A DNA stretch of 35,692 nucleotides from Burkholderiales bacterium (lineage in GTDB: Bacteria; Pseudomonadota; Gammaproteobacteria; Burkholderiales; Ga0077523): contig JBILUV010000003.1 in assembly GCA_044370825.1 (NCBI GenBank), forward strand, positions 1 through 35,692. Direction: 5' to 3'. This document shows positions 1 through 8,664 of the stretch, piece by piece. The first letter of the stretch is position 1, and each line of letters begins with the position of its first letter. The position numbers were made by a program, and so were the translations under genes. The notes beneath the pieces were generated by a model, which did not search any database, was not told the DNA's origin, and saw only the letters and a list, made by a program, of their open reading frames with translations.

Positions 1-466
1 TGTGGGCGCCGAACTGTCGGTGGCGCAGTGGCGGGCCGTGCTGCGACAGCTGGTGGCGCGCGGCATTCTGCGCGCCGAAGGTGAGTTCAACACCCTCGAG
101 CTGACCGAATCGGCCCGGGCCGTGCTGCGCGGCGAGGTGTCCGTGATCGTGCGGCGCGTCGAGCCGGCACGTCACGTCTCCGCACGCGAGCCGAGCGCGC
201 GGAAGCGCGCCACCGAGCTCGAACTGGATGCAGACGGCCAGCGCGCCTTCGAGGCGCTGCGCGCCTGGCGTGCGCAGGTCGCGAAGGAACACGGGCTGCC
301 CGCCTACGTCGTGTTCCACGACGCCACGCTGGCGGAGATCGCCCGGCGCCAGCCGGGCACCCTCGCGGCGCTTGCGGGTGTGCAGGGCGTCGGAGCGACG
401 AAGCTCGAGCGCTACGGTCCGCAGATCCTCGACGTGCTGGCCGAGTTCGCTCCGGAGGCTGGATGA
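1..466 (+). CDS. recQ: ATP-dependent DNA helicase RecQ, C-terminal part (RQC winged helix + HRDC); 5' truncated by window
   Basis: WRAVLRQLVARG..L.LTE.ARAVLRGE (RQC end), then FEALRAWR..VAKEHGLPAYVVFHDATLAEIA..GVGATKLERYG (HRDC). Confidence 0.92.
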   Translation, partial: VGAELSVAQWRAVLRQLVARGILRAEGEFNTLELTESARAVLRGEVSVIVRRVEPARHVSAREPSARKRATELELDADGQRAFEALRAWRAQVAKEHGLPAYVVFHDATLAEIARRQPGTLAALAGVQGVGATKLERYGPQILDVLAEFAPEAG

Positions 467-879
467 GTCGCGACCCGGTGCGGCCAGCGGTCGGGACGGC
501 GCCGCCAGCCTCCCTGCGCCGCGGCTGGATGGCCTTCGGGTGGCTCGGCGTATGCGCCGTCGTCTGGTACTCGCTGATCCCGGATCCGCCCCAGCTGGAC
601 ATGAAGCAGGGCGACAAGCTTCAGCACCTCATCGCCTATGGCGGGCTGATGGGCTGGTTCTCGCAGATCCGGCTCGGTATTGGCGAGCGCCGGCTGACCG
701 CGGCCTTGCTCGTCCTCATGGGGGTGACGCTGGAGTTCGCCCAGGCCTTCACCGGGTATCGATACCTGGCTGCGGACGACATGCTGGCCAACACTGCAGG
801 CGTCGCACTGGGCTGGCTGCTGTCCCCACCGCGCGTGCCCGACCTGCCCCGCCGGCTGACGACCATCAGGCGACGCTGA
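463..879 (+). CDS. VanZ-like membrane protein
   Basis: DKLQHLIAYGGL, LEFAQAFTGYR and DMLANTAG motifs with hydrophobic segments; ATGA overlap with recQ stop. Confidence 0.85.
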   Translation: MSRDPVRPAVGTAPPASLRRGWMAFGWLGVCAVVWYSLIPDPPQLDMKQGDKLQHLIAYGGLMGWFSQIRLGIGERRLTAALLVLMGVTLEFAQAFTGYRYLAADDMLANTAGVALGWLLSPPRVPDLPRRLTTIRRR

Positions 880-1009
880 GTCGGCCCGTCGAAGCCACCG
901 GGGGCTTGCCGGGGTCCGATCCATACCACCGTGCGCAATCGCATCGAACGCATCGCGGCAGACGCGCTCAAAGCCCACACAACCGGCTTGACAGCGGGTG
1001 GACGCCTGG

Positions 1010-1038
1010 TTGACGCCGCCCGTCTGTTTTCTCACCAT
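1010..1038 (+). promoter_or_regulatory. Possible sigma70 promoter for the binding-protein gene
   Basis: TTGACG (1010-1015), 17 bp, CACCAT (1033-1038), about 105 bp upstream of ATG 1145; -10 is weak. Confidence 0.3.
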
Positions 1039-1144
1039 CGACTCCGCGCCGTCGGATGCCGGCACGCAGGCCGCAAGGCCCCGCCAGACTCCAGGCACCC
1101 CGGGTGAAGACACCCCTGACCCAACCCCCACAGGAAATCCGCTC

Positions 1145-2038
1145 ATGAAGTCTTCCTCCAGACGCTCGCTGCTCGGCGCCGCTGCGGCCGCCTCCACCCT
1201 CGGCCTGCTCCCGATTCCGGCCCGGGCGGCGGTGGTCACCATCGGCAACGTCGATCTTTCCTTCTACGAGGTCACGGCCAACGTGATCCAGTTTCTGTTC
1301 GAGCGCAAGGGATGGAATGTAGCGGTCGACACGGGCAGCCATTCGACGATGTTCCCCAAGGTGGCCTCGGGACAGGTCGACGTCTTCGTCGCCGCCTGGC
1401 TGCCCGACGCTCACGCGGTCTACTGGAAGGAGTACGGACAGAACCTCGTCGAGGTGTCCACGCTCTACGAGGACGCCCAGCTGTACTGGGCGGTGCCGGA
1501 CTACGTCGACGCCGGTGTGCGCAGCGTCGCCGACCTGCTGCGTCCCGCAGTGGCTGAAAAGATGGCCAAGACCATACGCGGCACGCCGGCGGATTCGGGC
1601 CTCATGATCGGCTCGCGCAAGGTGTTCGAGCACTACAAGCTGGCGGGAGGCGGCTACGAGCTGACGCCGGGGCCCGCGAAGGAATGGATCGCCAGCATCG
1701 AGGCACGCATCGCCGCCAGGGAGTGGTTCGTCACGCCGCTGTGGCGACCCCAGTACCTCAACCGCGCCCATCGCTTTCGTGTGCTGTCCGAACCGATGAA
1801 GTTCCTCGGCGGACCCAACCGGGCGGTCCTGGTCGTGAACAGCGGTTTCTGGAGTGGCCTGAACAAGGCCCAGCGTTCGATGCTGTCGCGGATCGAACTC
1901 TCGCTCAAGGCCGTCACCGAGATGGATTACTGGGTGAACGCGGAGCGCATGAGCACGCGCGACGCGGCACGCCGCTGGGTCGGTTCCAACCCCAACACCG
2001 TCAGCTACTGGATGGCAGATCCCGCAGAGGACGAGTGA
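1145..2038 (+). CDS. Glycine betaine/choline-type (OpuAC/ProX family) substrate-binding protein with Tat signal peptide
   Basis: MKSSSRRSLLGAAAA..ARA twin-arginine signal; G.VDVFVAAWLPDAH, W.VPDYV, WFVTPLWRPQ motifs. Start chosen at ATG 1145 after AGGA. Confidence 0.85.
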   Translation: MKSSSRRSLLGAAAAASTLGLLPIPARAAVVTIGNVDLSFYEVTANVIQFLFERKGWNVAVDTGSHSTMFPKVASGQVDVFVAAWLPDAHAVYWKEYGQNLVEVSTLYEDAQLYWAVPDYVDAGVRSVADLLRPAVAEKMAKTIRGTPADSGLMIGSRKVFEHYKLAGGGYELTPGPAKEWIASIEARIAAREWFVTPLWRPQYLNRAHRFRVLSEPMKFLGGPNRAVLVVNSGFWSGLNKAQRSMLSRIELSLKAVTEMDYWVNAERMSTRDAARRWVGSNPNTVSYWMADPAEDE

Positions 2039-2100
2039 CTGGGCTTGCGAGCCAGCCTCCTGCGCATCGTCAGGCCTCAAACGCCAACCTCGCGATGCGC

Positions 2101-2133
2101 AGAAATGAAACAGGGCACCCGAGGGTGCCCTGT
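2101..2133 (-). terminator. Intrinsic terminator of the minus-strand GMC operon (hairpin may also serve the convergent gene)
   Basis: Minus strand: ACAGGGCACC-CTCG-GGTGCCCTGT perfect 10-bp stem followed by TTCATTTCT, about 20 nt after the GMC stop. Confidence 0.8.
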
Positions 2134-2154
2134 CGCGTTGTCAGCCGCGGCTGA

Positions 2155-3708
2155 TCAGAGATTGCGTGCGCCCATCTGCTCGGCGATGTACTCCGCCTGA
2201 CGGATGGCCAGCGCCACGATGGTCAGCGTCGGGTTCTCCGCCGCACTCGTGGTGAACTGGCTGCCGTCGGAGATGAACAGGTTCGCGATGTCGTGCGTCT
2301 GGCCGAAGCCGTTGCACACGCCCGAGCTCGCGTCGCTGCTCTGGCGGCAGGTGCCGAGGTTATGGGTGGAGGAGAAGGGCATGCGCGTGTAGACCTTGCG
2401 CGCGCCCACCGACTCATACAGCGCAGTGGCCATCTTCCAGGCGTGCTCGCGCATCGCCTTGTCGTTCGGATGGTCCTCCTTGTGCACGTGGGCCACCGGC
2501 ATGCCGTGCTGATCCTTCCTGGTCTTGCTCAGCGTGACGCGGTTGGTCTCCTGCGGCATGTCCTCGCCCACGATCCAGAGGCCAGCCGCGTGACGGTAGG
2601 CCTCGATGTCGCGGGCGTATTCACGGCCCCAGCCACCCGGCTTGGCGTAGGCCGGGTAGCCCGGCATGCCGAATGCCGGCAGGGTCTCGAGCTCGTAGCC
2701 GGCGACGAAGCCACGCTTCGGATTGAAGAAGGACTCATCGCGGATGATGCCCGCCATCTGGGTGCCGCGGTGCAGGTTCACCTCGCCCGGCATGACCGCG
2801 TAGACCGCACCGGTGAGGTGGGGCATGTAGTTGCGGCCGACCTGACCGGAGGAGTTGGCCAGACCATCGGGGAACATGCTGGAAGCGGAGTTGAGCAGCA
2901 GACGCGGCGACTCGATGGAGTTGCCAGCCACGCACACGATACGCGCCTTCTGCTCGTGCATCGCGCCGCTGGCATCGGAGTACACCACGCCGGTGGCGCG
3001 GCCACTGGCGTCGTGGTTGATGCGGATCACCATGGACTCGGGCCGCAGCTCGTAGTTGCCGGTCGCCTCCGCCCTGGGCACCTCGGTGTAGAGCGTGGAC
3101 CACTTGGCACCGATGGCGCAGCCGCTCATGCAGAAACCGATCTGGCGGCAGGCGGGCCGGCCATCACGGACCTGCGAGTTGATGGCCATGTTGCCAGTGT
3201 GGTATTCCTTGTACCCGAGCTTTTTGGCGCCAGCGGCGAGTACCTTGTAGTTGCTGCTGCCCGGCAGGCGCGGAATGCCGTGCGTGCCGGTGACGCCCAT
3301 CTTGTCCTCGGCGCGATGGTAGTAGGACTCCAGGTCCTCGTAGGAGATGGGCCAGTCGTCGAGGTTGGCACCCGGCAGACGACCATAGGTGGACAGGGCC
3401 TTGAACTCGTGCGGCTGGAAGCGCAGGGACGCGCCGGCCCAGTGCACCGTGGTGCCACCGACGGTCTTGCAGATCCAGGCCGGGAAGTTGGGATCGAGAT
3501 CGCCGGAGCCTTCGCGCGTGTCGAGCCAGGAGATCTTGGCGAACATCTCCCCGCCGTTGGTGATGTCGCCCAGCGTCAGACGCTTGCCCGCCTCCAGACA
3601 GACCACCTTGATGCCCTTCTGGGCGAGTTCGTTGCCCAGCGTTCCACCGCCAGCACCGGAACCGATGATGACAACGACGGAATCGTCGTTCAGATCGAAT
3701 TTGGCCAT
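2155..3708 (-). CDS. GMC-family FAD oxidoreductase, catalytic subunit of a gluconate/sugar dehydrogenase-like enzyme
   Basis: VIIGSGAGGG FAD motif, VGGTTVHW, CRQIGFCMSGC Cys cluster, HNLGTCR, ENPTLTIVALA; RBS GAGGA before ATG 3708. Confidence 0.9.
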   Translation of the reverse strand: MAKFDLNDDSVVVIIGSGAGGGTLGNELAQKGIKVVCLEAGKRLTLGDITNGGEMFAKISWLDTREGSGDLDPNFPAWICKTVGGTTVHWAGASLRFQPHEFKALSTYGRLPGANLDDWPISYEDLESYYHRAEDKMGVTGTHGIPRLPGSSNYKVLAAGAKKLGYKEYHTGNMAINSQVRDGRPACRQIGFCMSGCAIGAKWSTLYTEVPRAEATGNYELRPESMVIRINHDASGRATGVVYSDASGAMHEQKARIVCVAGNSIESPRLLLNSASSMFPDGLANSSGQVGRNYMPHLTGAVYAVMPGEVNLHRGTQMAGIIRDESFFNPKRGFVAGYELETLPAFGMPGYPAYAKPGGWGREYARDIEAYRHAAGLWIVGEDMPQETNRVTLSKTRKDQHGMPVAHVHKEDHPNDKAMREHAWKMATALYESVGARKVYTRMPFSSTHNLGTCRQSSDASSGVCNGFGQTHDIANLFISDGSQFTTSAAENPTLTIVALAIRQAEYIAEQMGARNL

Positions 3709-3715
3709 GTTGTCC

Positions 3716-4264
3716 TCACTCCTTCGGCAGCCAGCTGATGTCGTCGAATCCGCGCTCGAGGTAGCCGCCGTGCTCCACGGAGGAACCCTCATAGCCGAAG
3801 ATCTTCCAGATCTCGGGGTTGCCATACAGGCCGCCCAGCGTCTCGCCGTACATAAAGCCGAAGAACGGGGACTTCTCCACGGTCTTCAGGATGCGCACGC
3901 GGTTCTTCTCGGTGAGCTGCGCGAACGACTGGTTGTCGAAGTTCTTGCGCGCCAGACGCTCCACCTGGGCGACGCCGTCGCTCACCAGCTTGTGCGTGTC
4001 GCCGCTGGCACTTGCCTTGTCGTCGATGCCGTTGACCACGACGCCGTAGAACGAATCGGCCAGGAAGTCATGGGGAAACAGGGTGCGGGCGAACGCCAGC
4101 AGCGCGTGCCCTTCGTCCTCCGTGAGCGCCTTCATGTGATGGGCAGACCACGCGTTCGTCGTAAACATCGCGAGACCCGTTCCGGCCGCGAGCGACATGA
4201 AGGCGGACCCACCGGCCACCTTCAGGAACTCACGCCGACGAAGCTCCAGTTCCTCGTTCAGCAT
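3716..4264 (-). CDS. Tat-signal small subunit (gluconate 2-dehydrogenase subunit 3-like)
   Basis: LRRREFLK Tat motif, ARTLFPHD, LYGNPEIWKIFGYEGSS..GGYL.RGFDDI.WLP; RBS GGGAGGAG; 7 nt upstream of the GMC gene. Confidence 0.82.
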   Translation of the reverse strand: MLNEELELRRREFLKVAGGSAFMSLAAGTGLAMFTTNAWSAHHMKALTEDEGHALLAFARTLFPHDFLADSFYGVVVNGIDDKASASGDTHKLVSDGVAQVERLARKNFDNQSFAQLTEKNRVRILKTVEKSPFFGFMYGETLGGLYGNPEIWKIFGYEGSSVEHGGYLERGFDDISWLPKE

Positions 4265-4741
4265 CACTCCTCCCAACTTTGTTTGTGATGAAACCGGACG
4301 GACATCCCCGCAGCACGGGGCGACCGTCGATCCATGTGCGCGGGCAGGGAACCCGCCGCAGTTGATGATTAGAGGGACATCGCCATGACTCGTCAAGAGC
4401 CGTTTTTCCCTTCCTGACATGGGTCCGTTCCAAGGGCACACCGCCATTGCACCGCAACAAATCAAGGTTGGGCCCGGCGCACCAAAGGCGATCCCGGGGC
4501 GCGCCGGAATGCTGCGCAGCAGTCTGCGGCACTTCCGCTGCATTGCATCAAGCGTGATGCATGAACCGTGAAAAGCGGTCGCCGGGGATCACGACGCTGC
4601 CGCGGCATGCGCCCGCGGCTTCGCGCGGTTCGACGGGATGTCCGATCCCGTTGTGTCGTCGACCGTTTCCGACCACCCTGCGATCCGCGTACAGTGAAAG
4701 GACTTCTCCCCGCGCGGGCAATCCACGCGAAGGCCACCACC

Positions 4742-6598
4742 GTGAAGAACGACCGCAAACTGCACTGGAACGCCGGCTACTGGCTGCTGGCACTGCTGGC
4801 GCTTCTCACCCTCCAGAATCTCTGGCAGGCACAACGCACCACCGAAGCCGTTCCCTACAGCGAATTCGAAAACGCCCTGGCCCAGGGACGTCTCGCCGAG
4901 GTCATGATCGGCGAGACCGTGGTCACCGGCAAACTGCGCAGCCCGGACGCCGGGGGCAAGACCATGATCGTGGCGAACCGTGTGGAGCCGGCGCTGGCCG
5001 ACCGCCTGTCGCAGTATCGCGTGCCTTATTCGCGCGTGGTCGAAAGCACGCTGCTGCGTGACCTGCTGTCCTGGATCCTGCCGGCGCTGGTGTTCTTCGG
5101 TCTGTGGTTTTTCGTCATCCGGCGCTTCGCCGAGCGCCAGGGCATGGGCGGATTCATGAATGTCGGCAAGAGCCGGGCACGGGTGTATGTGGAGCGCGAC
5201 ACCGGCGTGACCTTCGCCGACGTCGCCGGGGTGGACGAGGCCAAGGCCGAACTGCAGGAAGTGGTGTCCTTCCTGAAGGATCCGTCGGGGTACGGACGGC
5301 TGGGGGCGCGAATGCCCAAGGGGGTGCTGCTGGTCGGCCCCCCCGGCACCGGCAAGACGCTGCTGGCCAAGGCGGTCGCCGGCGAAGCCAGCGTGCCCTT
5401 TTTCAGCATTTCCGGCAGTGAATTCGTCGAGATGTTCGTGGGGGTGGGCGCGGCCCGCGTGCGCGACCTGTTCGAGCAGGCGCGCACCAAGGCGCCGGCC
5501 ATCATCTTCATCGACGAGCTCGATGCACTGGGGCGCGCGCGCGGCGCGGCGGGTCCGATCGGCGGCCACGACGAGCGCGAGCAGACACTCAACCAGCTGC
5601 TGGTGGAACTGGACGGGTTCGACAGTTCATCCGGGCTGGTGCTGCTGTCGGCCACCAACCGCCCGGAGATCCTCGATCCCGCGCTGCTGCGGGCCGGTCG
5701 CTTCGACCGGCAGGTGCTGGTGGACCGGCCGGACAAGACCGGGCGTGTGCAGATCCTGAAGGTACACGTGAAGCGTATCCGGCTCGCGCCGGACCTCGAC
5801 CTCGAGCGCGTCGCCGGACTGACCACCGGCTTCACCGGTGCCGACCTCGCCAACCTGTGCAACGAGGCGGCGCTGGCGGCCACCCGGCGCGACGGGCAGG
5901 AGGTCACACTGGACGATTTCACGGTGGCCGTGGAACGCATCGTCGCCGGGCTGGAGAAGAAGAACCGGGTGCTCAATCCCCGCGAGCGCGAGATCGTCGC
6001 ATATCACGAGATGGGCCACGCCCTGGTGGCGCTGAGCCTGCCGGGGACCGATCCGGTGCACAAGGTGTCCATCATCCCGCGCGGCATCGGAGCGCTGGGC
6101 TACACCATCCAGCGGCCGACCGAGGACCGCTTCCTGATGACGCGCGAGGAACTGGAAAGCAAGATCATGGTGCTGCTCGGCGGACGCGCCGCGGAGAAGC
6201 TGATCTTCGGCCACCTGTCCACCGGCGCTGCGGACGATCTGGCCAAGGTGACGGACATCGCCCGCGACATGGTGATGCGCTACGGCATGGTCGAGGCACT
6301 CGGCTACGTGGCCTACGAATCACAGCCGCCGCGCTTCCTGGACATGCCCACGGTGGGCCATGGCGGCTGCCCGGTCGGCCCCGAGACCCGGCAGGGCATC
6401 GACGCGGCCGTACGCGGCATCATCATGGATGCCTTCGGCCGGACCATCGCGTTGCTGTCGCAGCACCGCACCACGCTCGAGACCTGCGCCCGCGAATTGC
6501 TGGCGCGCGAGACCCTGGACGAGGCCGCCCTGGCGGCGCTGACCGCAGGCCTGCGGCAGGCGTCGGCCCCCGCAGCCCCGGCCGCGCAGCCTGGATGA
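4742..6598 (+). CDS. ftsH: ATP-dependent zinc metalloprotease FtsH (probable secondary paralog)
   Basis: Two TM segments, VTFADVAG, Walker A GPPGTGKT, Walker [36 protein letters not shown] start at 4742 is inferred. Confidence 0.95.
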   Translation: MKNDRKLHWNAGYWLLALLALLTLQNLWQAQRTTEAVPYSEFENALAQGRLAEVMIGETVVTGKLRSPDAGGKTMIVANRVEPALADRLSQYRVPYSRVVESTLLRDLLSWILPALVFFGLWFFVIRRFAERQGMGGFMNVGKSRARVYVERDTGVTFADVAGVDEAKAELQEVVSFLKDPSGYGRLGARMPKGVLLVGPPGTGKTLLAKAVAGEASVPFFSISGSEFVEMFVGVGAARVRDLFEQARTKAPAIIFIDELDALGRARGAAGPIGGHDEREQTLNQLLVELDGFDSSSGLVLLSATNRPEILDPALLRAGRFDRQVLVDRPDKTGRVQILKVHVKRIRLAPDLDLERVAGLTTGFTGADLANLCNEAALAATRRDGQEVTLDDFTVAVERIVAGLEKKNRVLNPREREIVAYHEMGHALVALSLPGTDPVHKVSIIPRGIGALGYTIQRPTEDRFLMTREELESKIMVLLGGRAAEKLIFGHLSTGAADDLAKVTDIARDMVMRYGMVEALGYVAYESQPPRFLDMPTVGHGGCPVGPETRQGIDAAVRGIIMDAFGRTIALLSQHRTTLETCARELLARETLDEAALAALTAGLRQASAPAAPAAQPG

Positions 6599-6603
6599 AG
6601 CCG

Positions 6604-6918
6604 TCAGCGCCCGGCGATGACCTTCTCGGTCATGGCGTAGAACACGCAGTCCTCGAGGGCCTCGACGTCGTGGAACTCGCCAGCACCGGTGTGGTGGTAG
6701 TCCCCGGCGCACAGAACCGCGTCGCCCAGGCGCATGCTGCCGCTCACCATCAGCACCTCCTCGCGGCCGATGTGACCATGGTTCTCGATGGTCGAGCCCC
6801 TGGCCATGCGGATGAGCTGGGTGCGGCCTCCGCCCTCCTCGTCGCGGAGCATGACGCGCTCCACGCCGGACTGCCGGCCCGGGGTCCACTGACGGTCTGC
6901 GACGCTGATGGCGATCAT
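6604..6918 (-). CDS. Cupin-domain protein (ChrR-like/Cupin_7)
   Basis: W.P...GVER..L, HGHIGREEVLMVSG, GDYHHT..GEFH motifs; RBS GGAGG before ATG 6918. Confidence 0.8.
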   Translation of the reverse strand: MIAISVADRQWTPGRQSGVERVMLRDEEGGGRTQLIRMARGSTIENHGHIGREEVLMVSGSMRLGDAVLCAGDYHHTGAGEFHDVEALEDCVFYAMTEKVIAGR

Positions 6919-7148
6919 GATGTCCTCCCGAAAAGGCTGATCCAAAGGGGCCGCATGATGGCACGACTTCGCGTCACGGCGCGATCGTCACGGATCGGGT
7001 AGGCTCCGGTGGAGGTGGATGTGGAGGCTTCGGCGGATCGATTCCGTCCGAGGGCCCGCTCCGGCACGGCGCGTGAAACACCCGGTATCGTCCGACGCCG
7101 GCAGGCACGCCGGATCCATCGCCCCCCCCGAATTTGCGAGCAGTCCCC

Positions 7149-8435
7149 ATGCCGAAAGTCCAAACAGCCTCGTACGCCGGCGCCGTCGCCGTGATCGGCG
7201 GAGGTCCTGCCGGCCTCATGGCCGCCGAGGCGGCCGCCATGGACGGGGTGACGGTCGACCTGTTCGACGCCAGACCCTCGGTGGGACGGAAGTTCCTGCT
7301 GGCCGGCCGCGGCGGGCTGAACCTGACCCACGCGGAGCCCTTCGAACGCTTCGTCGATCGCTACGGCCCGGAAGCCCGTCGCCTGCAGCCGCTGCTCGAG
7401 CGCTTCGGCCCGGACGCCCTGCGCGCCTGGGCCCACACGCTCGGCATCGACACCTTCGTCGGCACCTCCGGCCGGGTGTTCCCGACCGATTTCAAGGCCG
7501 GCCCCCTGCTGCGCCGCTGGGTGCAACGGCTGCACGCACTCGGGGTGCGGTTCCACGTGCGCCACCGCTGGAGCGGTTTCGGGCCTGACGACGACCTGTT
7601 GTTCGATACGCCGGCCGGCGCACTCAGGCTGCGGCCCAGGGCCTGCGTGCTGGCGCTCGGCGGCGCGAGCTGGCCTCAACTCGGCTCCGACGGGGCCTGG
7701 GTGCCCTGGCTGCGCGCACGCGGCATCCCGGTCGCGACGCTGGCGCCGGCCAACTGCGGCTTCGAAGTTGCCTGGAGCGCCCACGTGCGCGACCGCCACG
7801 CCGGCGCGCCGGTCAAGTCGGTCGTCGGCCGGGCCCGCGCGCCCGATGGGGGCGTGAGCATCCAGACCGGTGAATTCGTGGTCACAGCCAGCGGCGTCGA
7901 GGGCGGTCTCGTGTATGCCCTGTCCAGGCCGCTGCGCGAGGCGCTGGCGGCCGACGGCTGCGCCACCCTCGAACTGGACCTTGCCCCGGGGCGCACGCTC
8001 GAGCGGCTGCGGGCTGAGCTGTCCGTGTCGCGTGGCAGCCGTTCCTTGTCCCAGCACCTCAAGCGGCTGGCGGGCATCGATGGGGTCAAGGCGGCGTTGC
8101 TGCATGAGTTTTCCAGCCCGGAACAACGCGGCGACCCGGCGCGGCTGGCGGCCCTGATCAAGGCTCTGCCCATCCCGCTGGCCGCCACCCGGCCGATCGA
8201 GGAGGCCATCAGCAGCGCGGGTGGCGTCGCTCTGGATGCGCTGGACGACGACCTGATGCTGCGCTACCTCCCGGGCGTGTTCTGTACCGGCGAGATGCTC
8301 GACTGGGAGGCGCCGACCGGCGGCTACCTGCTGACCGCCTGCCTGGCCACGGGTCGGCACGCGGGCGCGGCAGCGGCGGCCTGGGCGTCCGCCCGCGGGG
8401 ACGGACCGCCCGCGAACGCCGGCCACGCCGGCTGA
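7149..8435 (+). CDS. HI0933/BaiN-family flavoprotein (TIGR03862-like)
   Basis: VIGGGPAGLMAA, GRKFLLAGRGGLNLTH, GRVFP, GEMLDWEAPTGGYLLTAC. Confidence 0.9.
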   Translation: MPKVQTASYAGAVAVIGGGPAGLMAAEAAAMDGVTVDLFDARPSVGRKFLLAGRGGLNLTHAEPFERFVDRYGPEARRLQPLLERFGPDALRAWAHTLGIDTFVGTSGRVFPTDFKAGPLLRRWVQRLHALGVRFHVRHRWSGFGPDDDLLFDTPAGALRLRPRACVLALGGASWPQLGSDGAWVPWLRARGIPVATLAPANCGFEVAWSAHVRDRHAGAPVKSVVGRARAPDGGVSIQTGEFVVTASGVEGGLVYALSRPLREALAADGCATLELDLAPGRTLERLRAELSVSRGSRSLSQHLKRLAGIDGVKAALLHEFSSPEQRGDPARLAALIKALPIPLAATRPIEEAISSAGGVALDALDDDLMLRYLPGVFCTGEMLDWEAPTGGYLLTACLATGRHAGAAAAAWASARGDGPPANAGHAG

Positions 8436-8664
8436 CAGCCTCGGCTGGTCGCGCGGTTTCACCCTCCGCGCGGGGCCCCATGACCCGGCCACAGCGGACG
8501 GCATCGGCGCGGCGGGCCGGGGTCACCACGAGGCCGGCGGTGGCGCACGTGATGCGCCGGCGGTAAGGTTCGGGTCGTGACATCACGCGGTTGCGGGCAG
8601 GTGTTCTCCCGCGTCCTGGCCTGCGCGTGACACCCATTCGTCGAAACGCTGGAGGTGATGCGCC

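Noticed and set aside
6959-6973. TGGCACGACTTCGC as a sigma54 promoter
   Set aside because: GG-to-GC spacing is one base short of the strict -24/-12 geometry and TTGC is absent.
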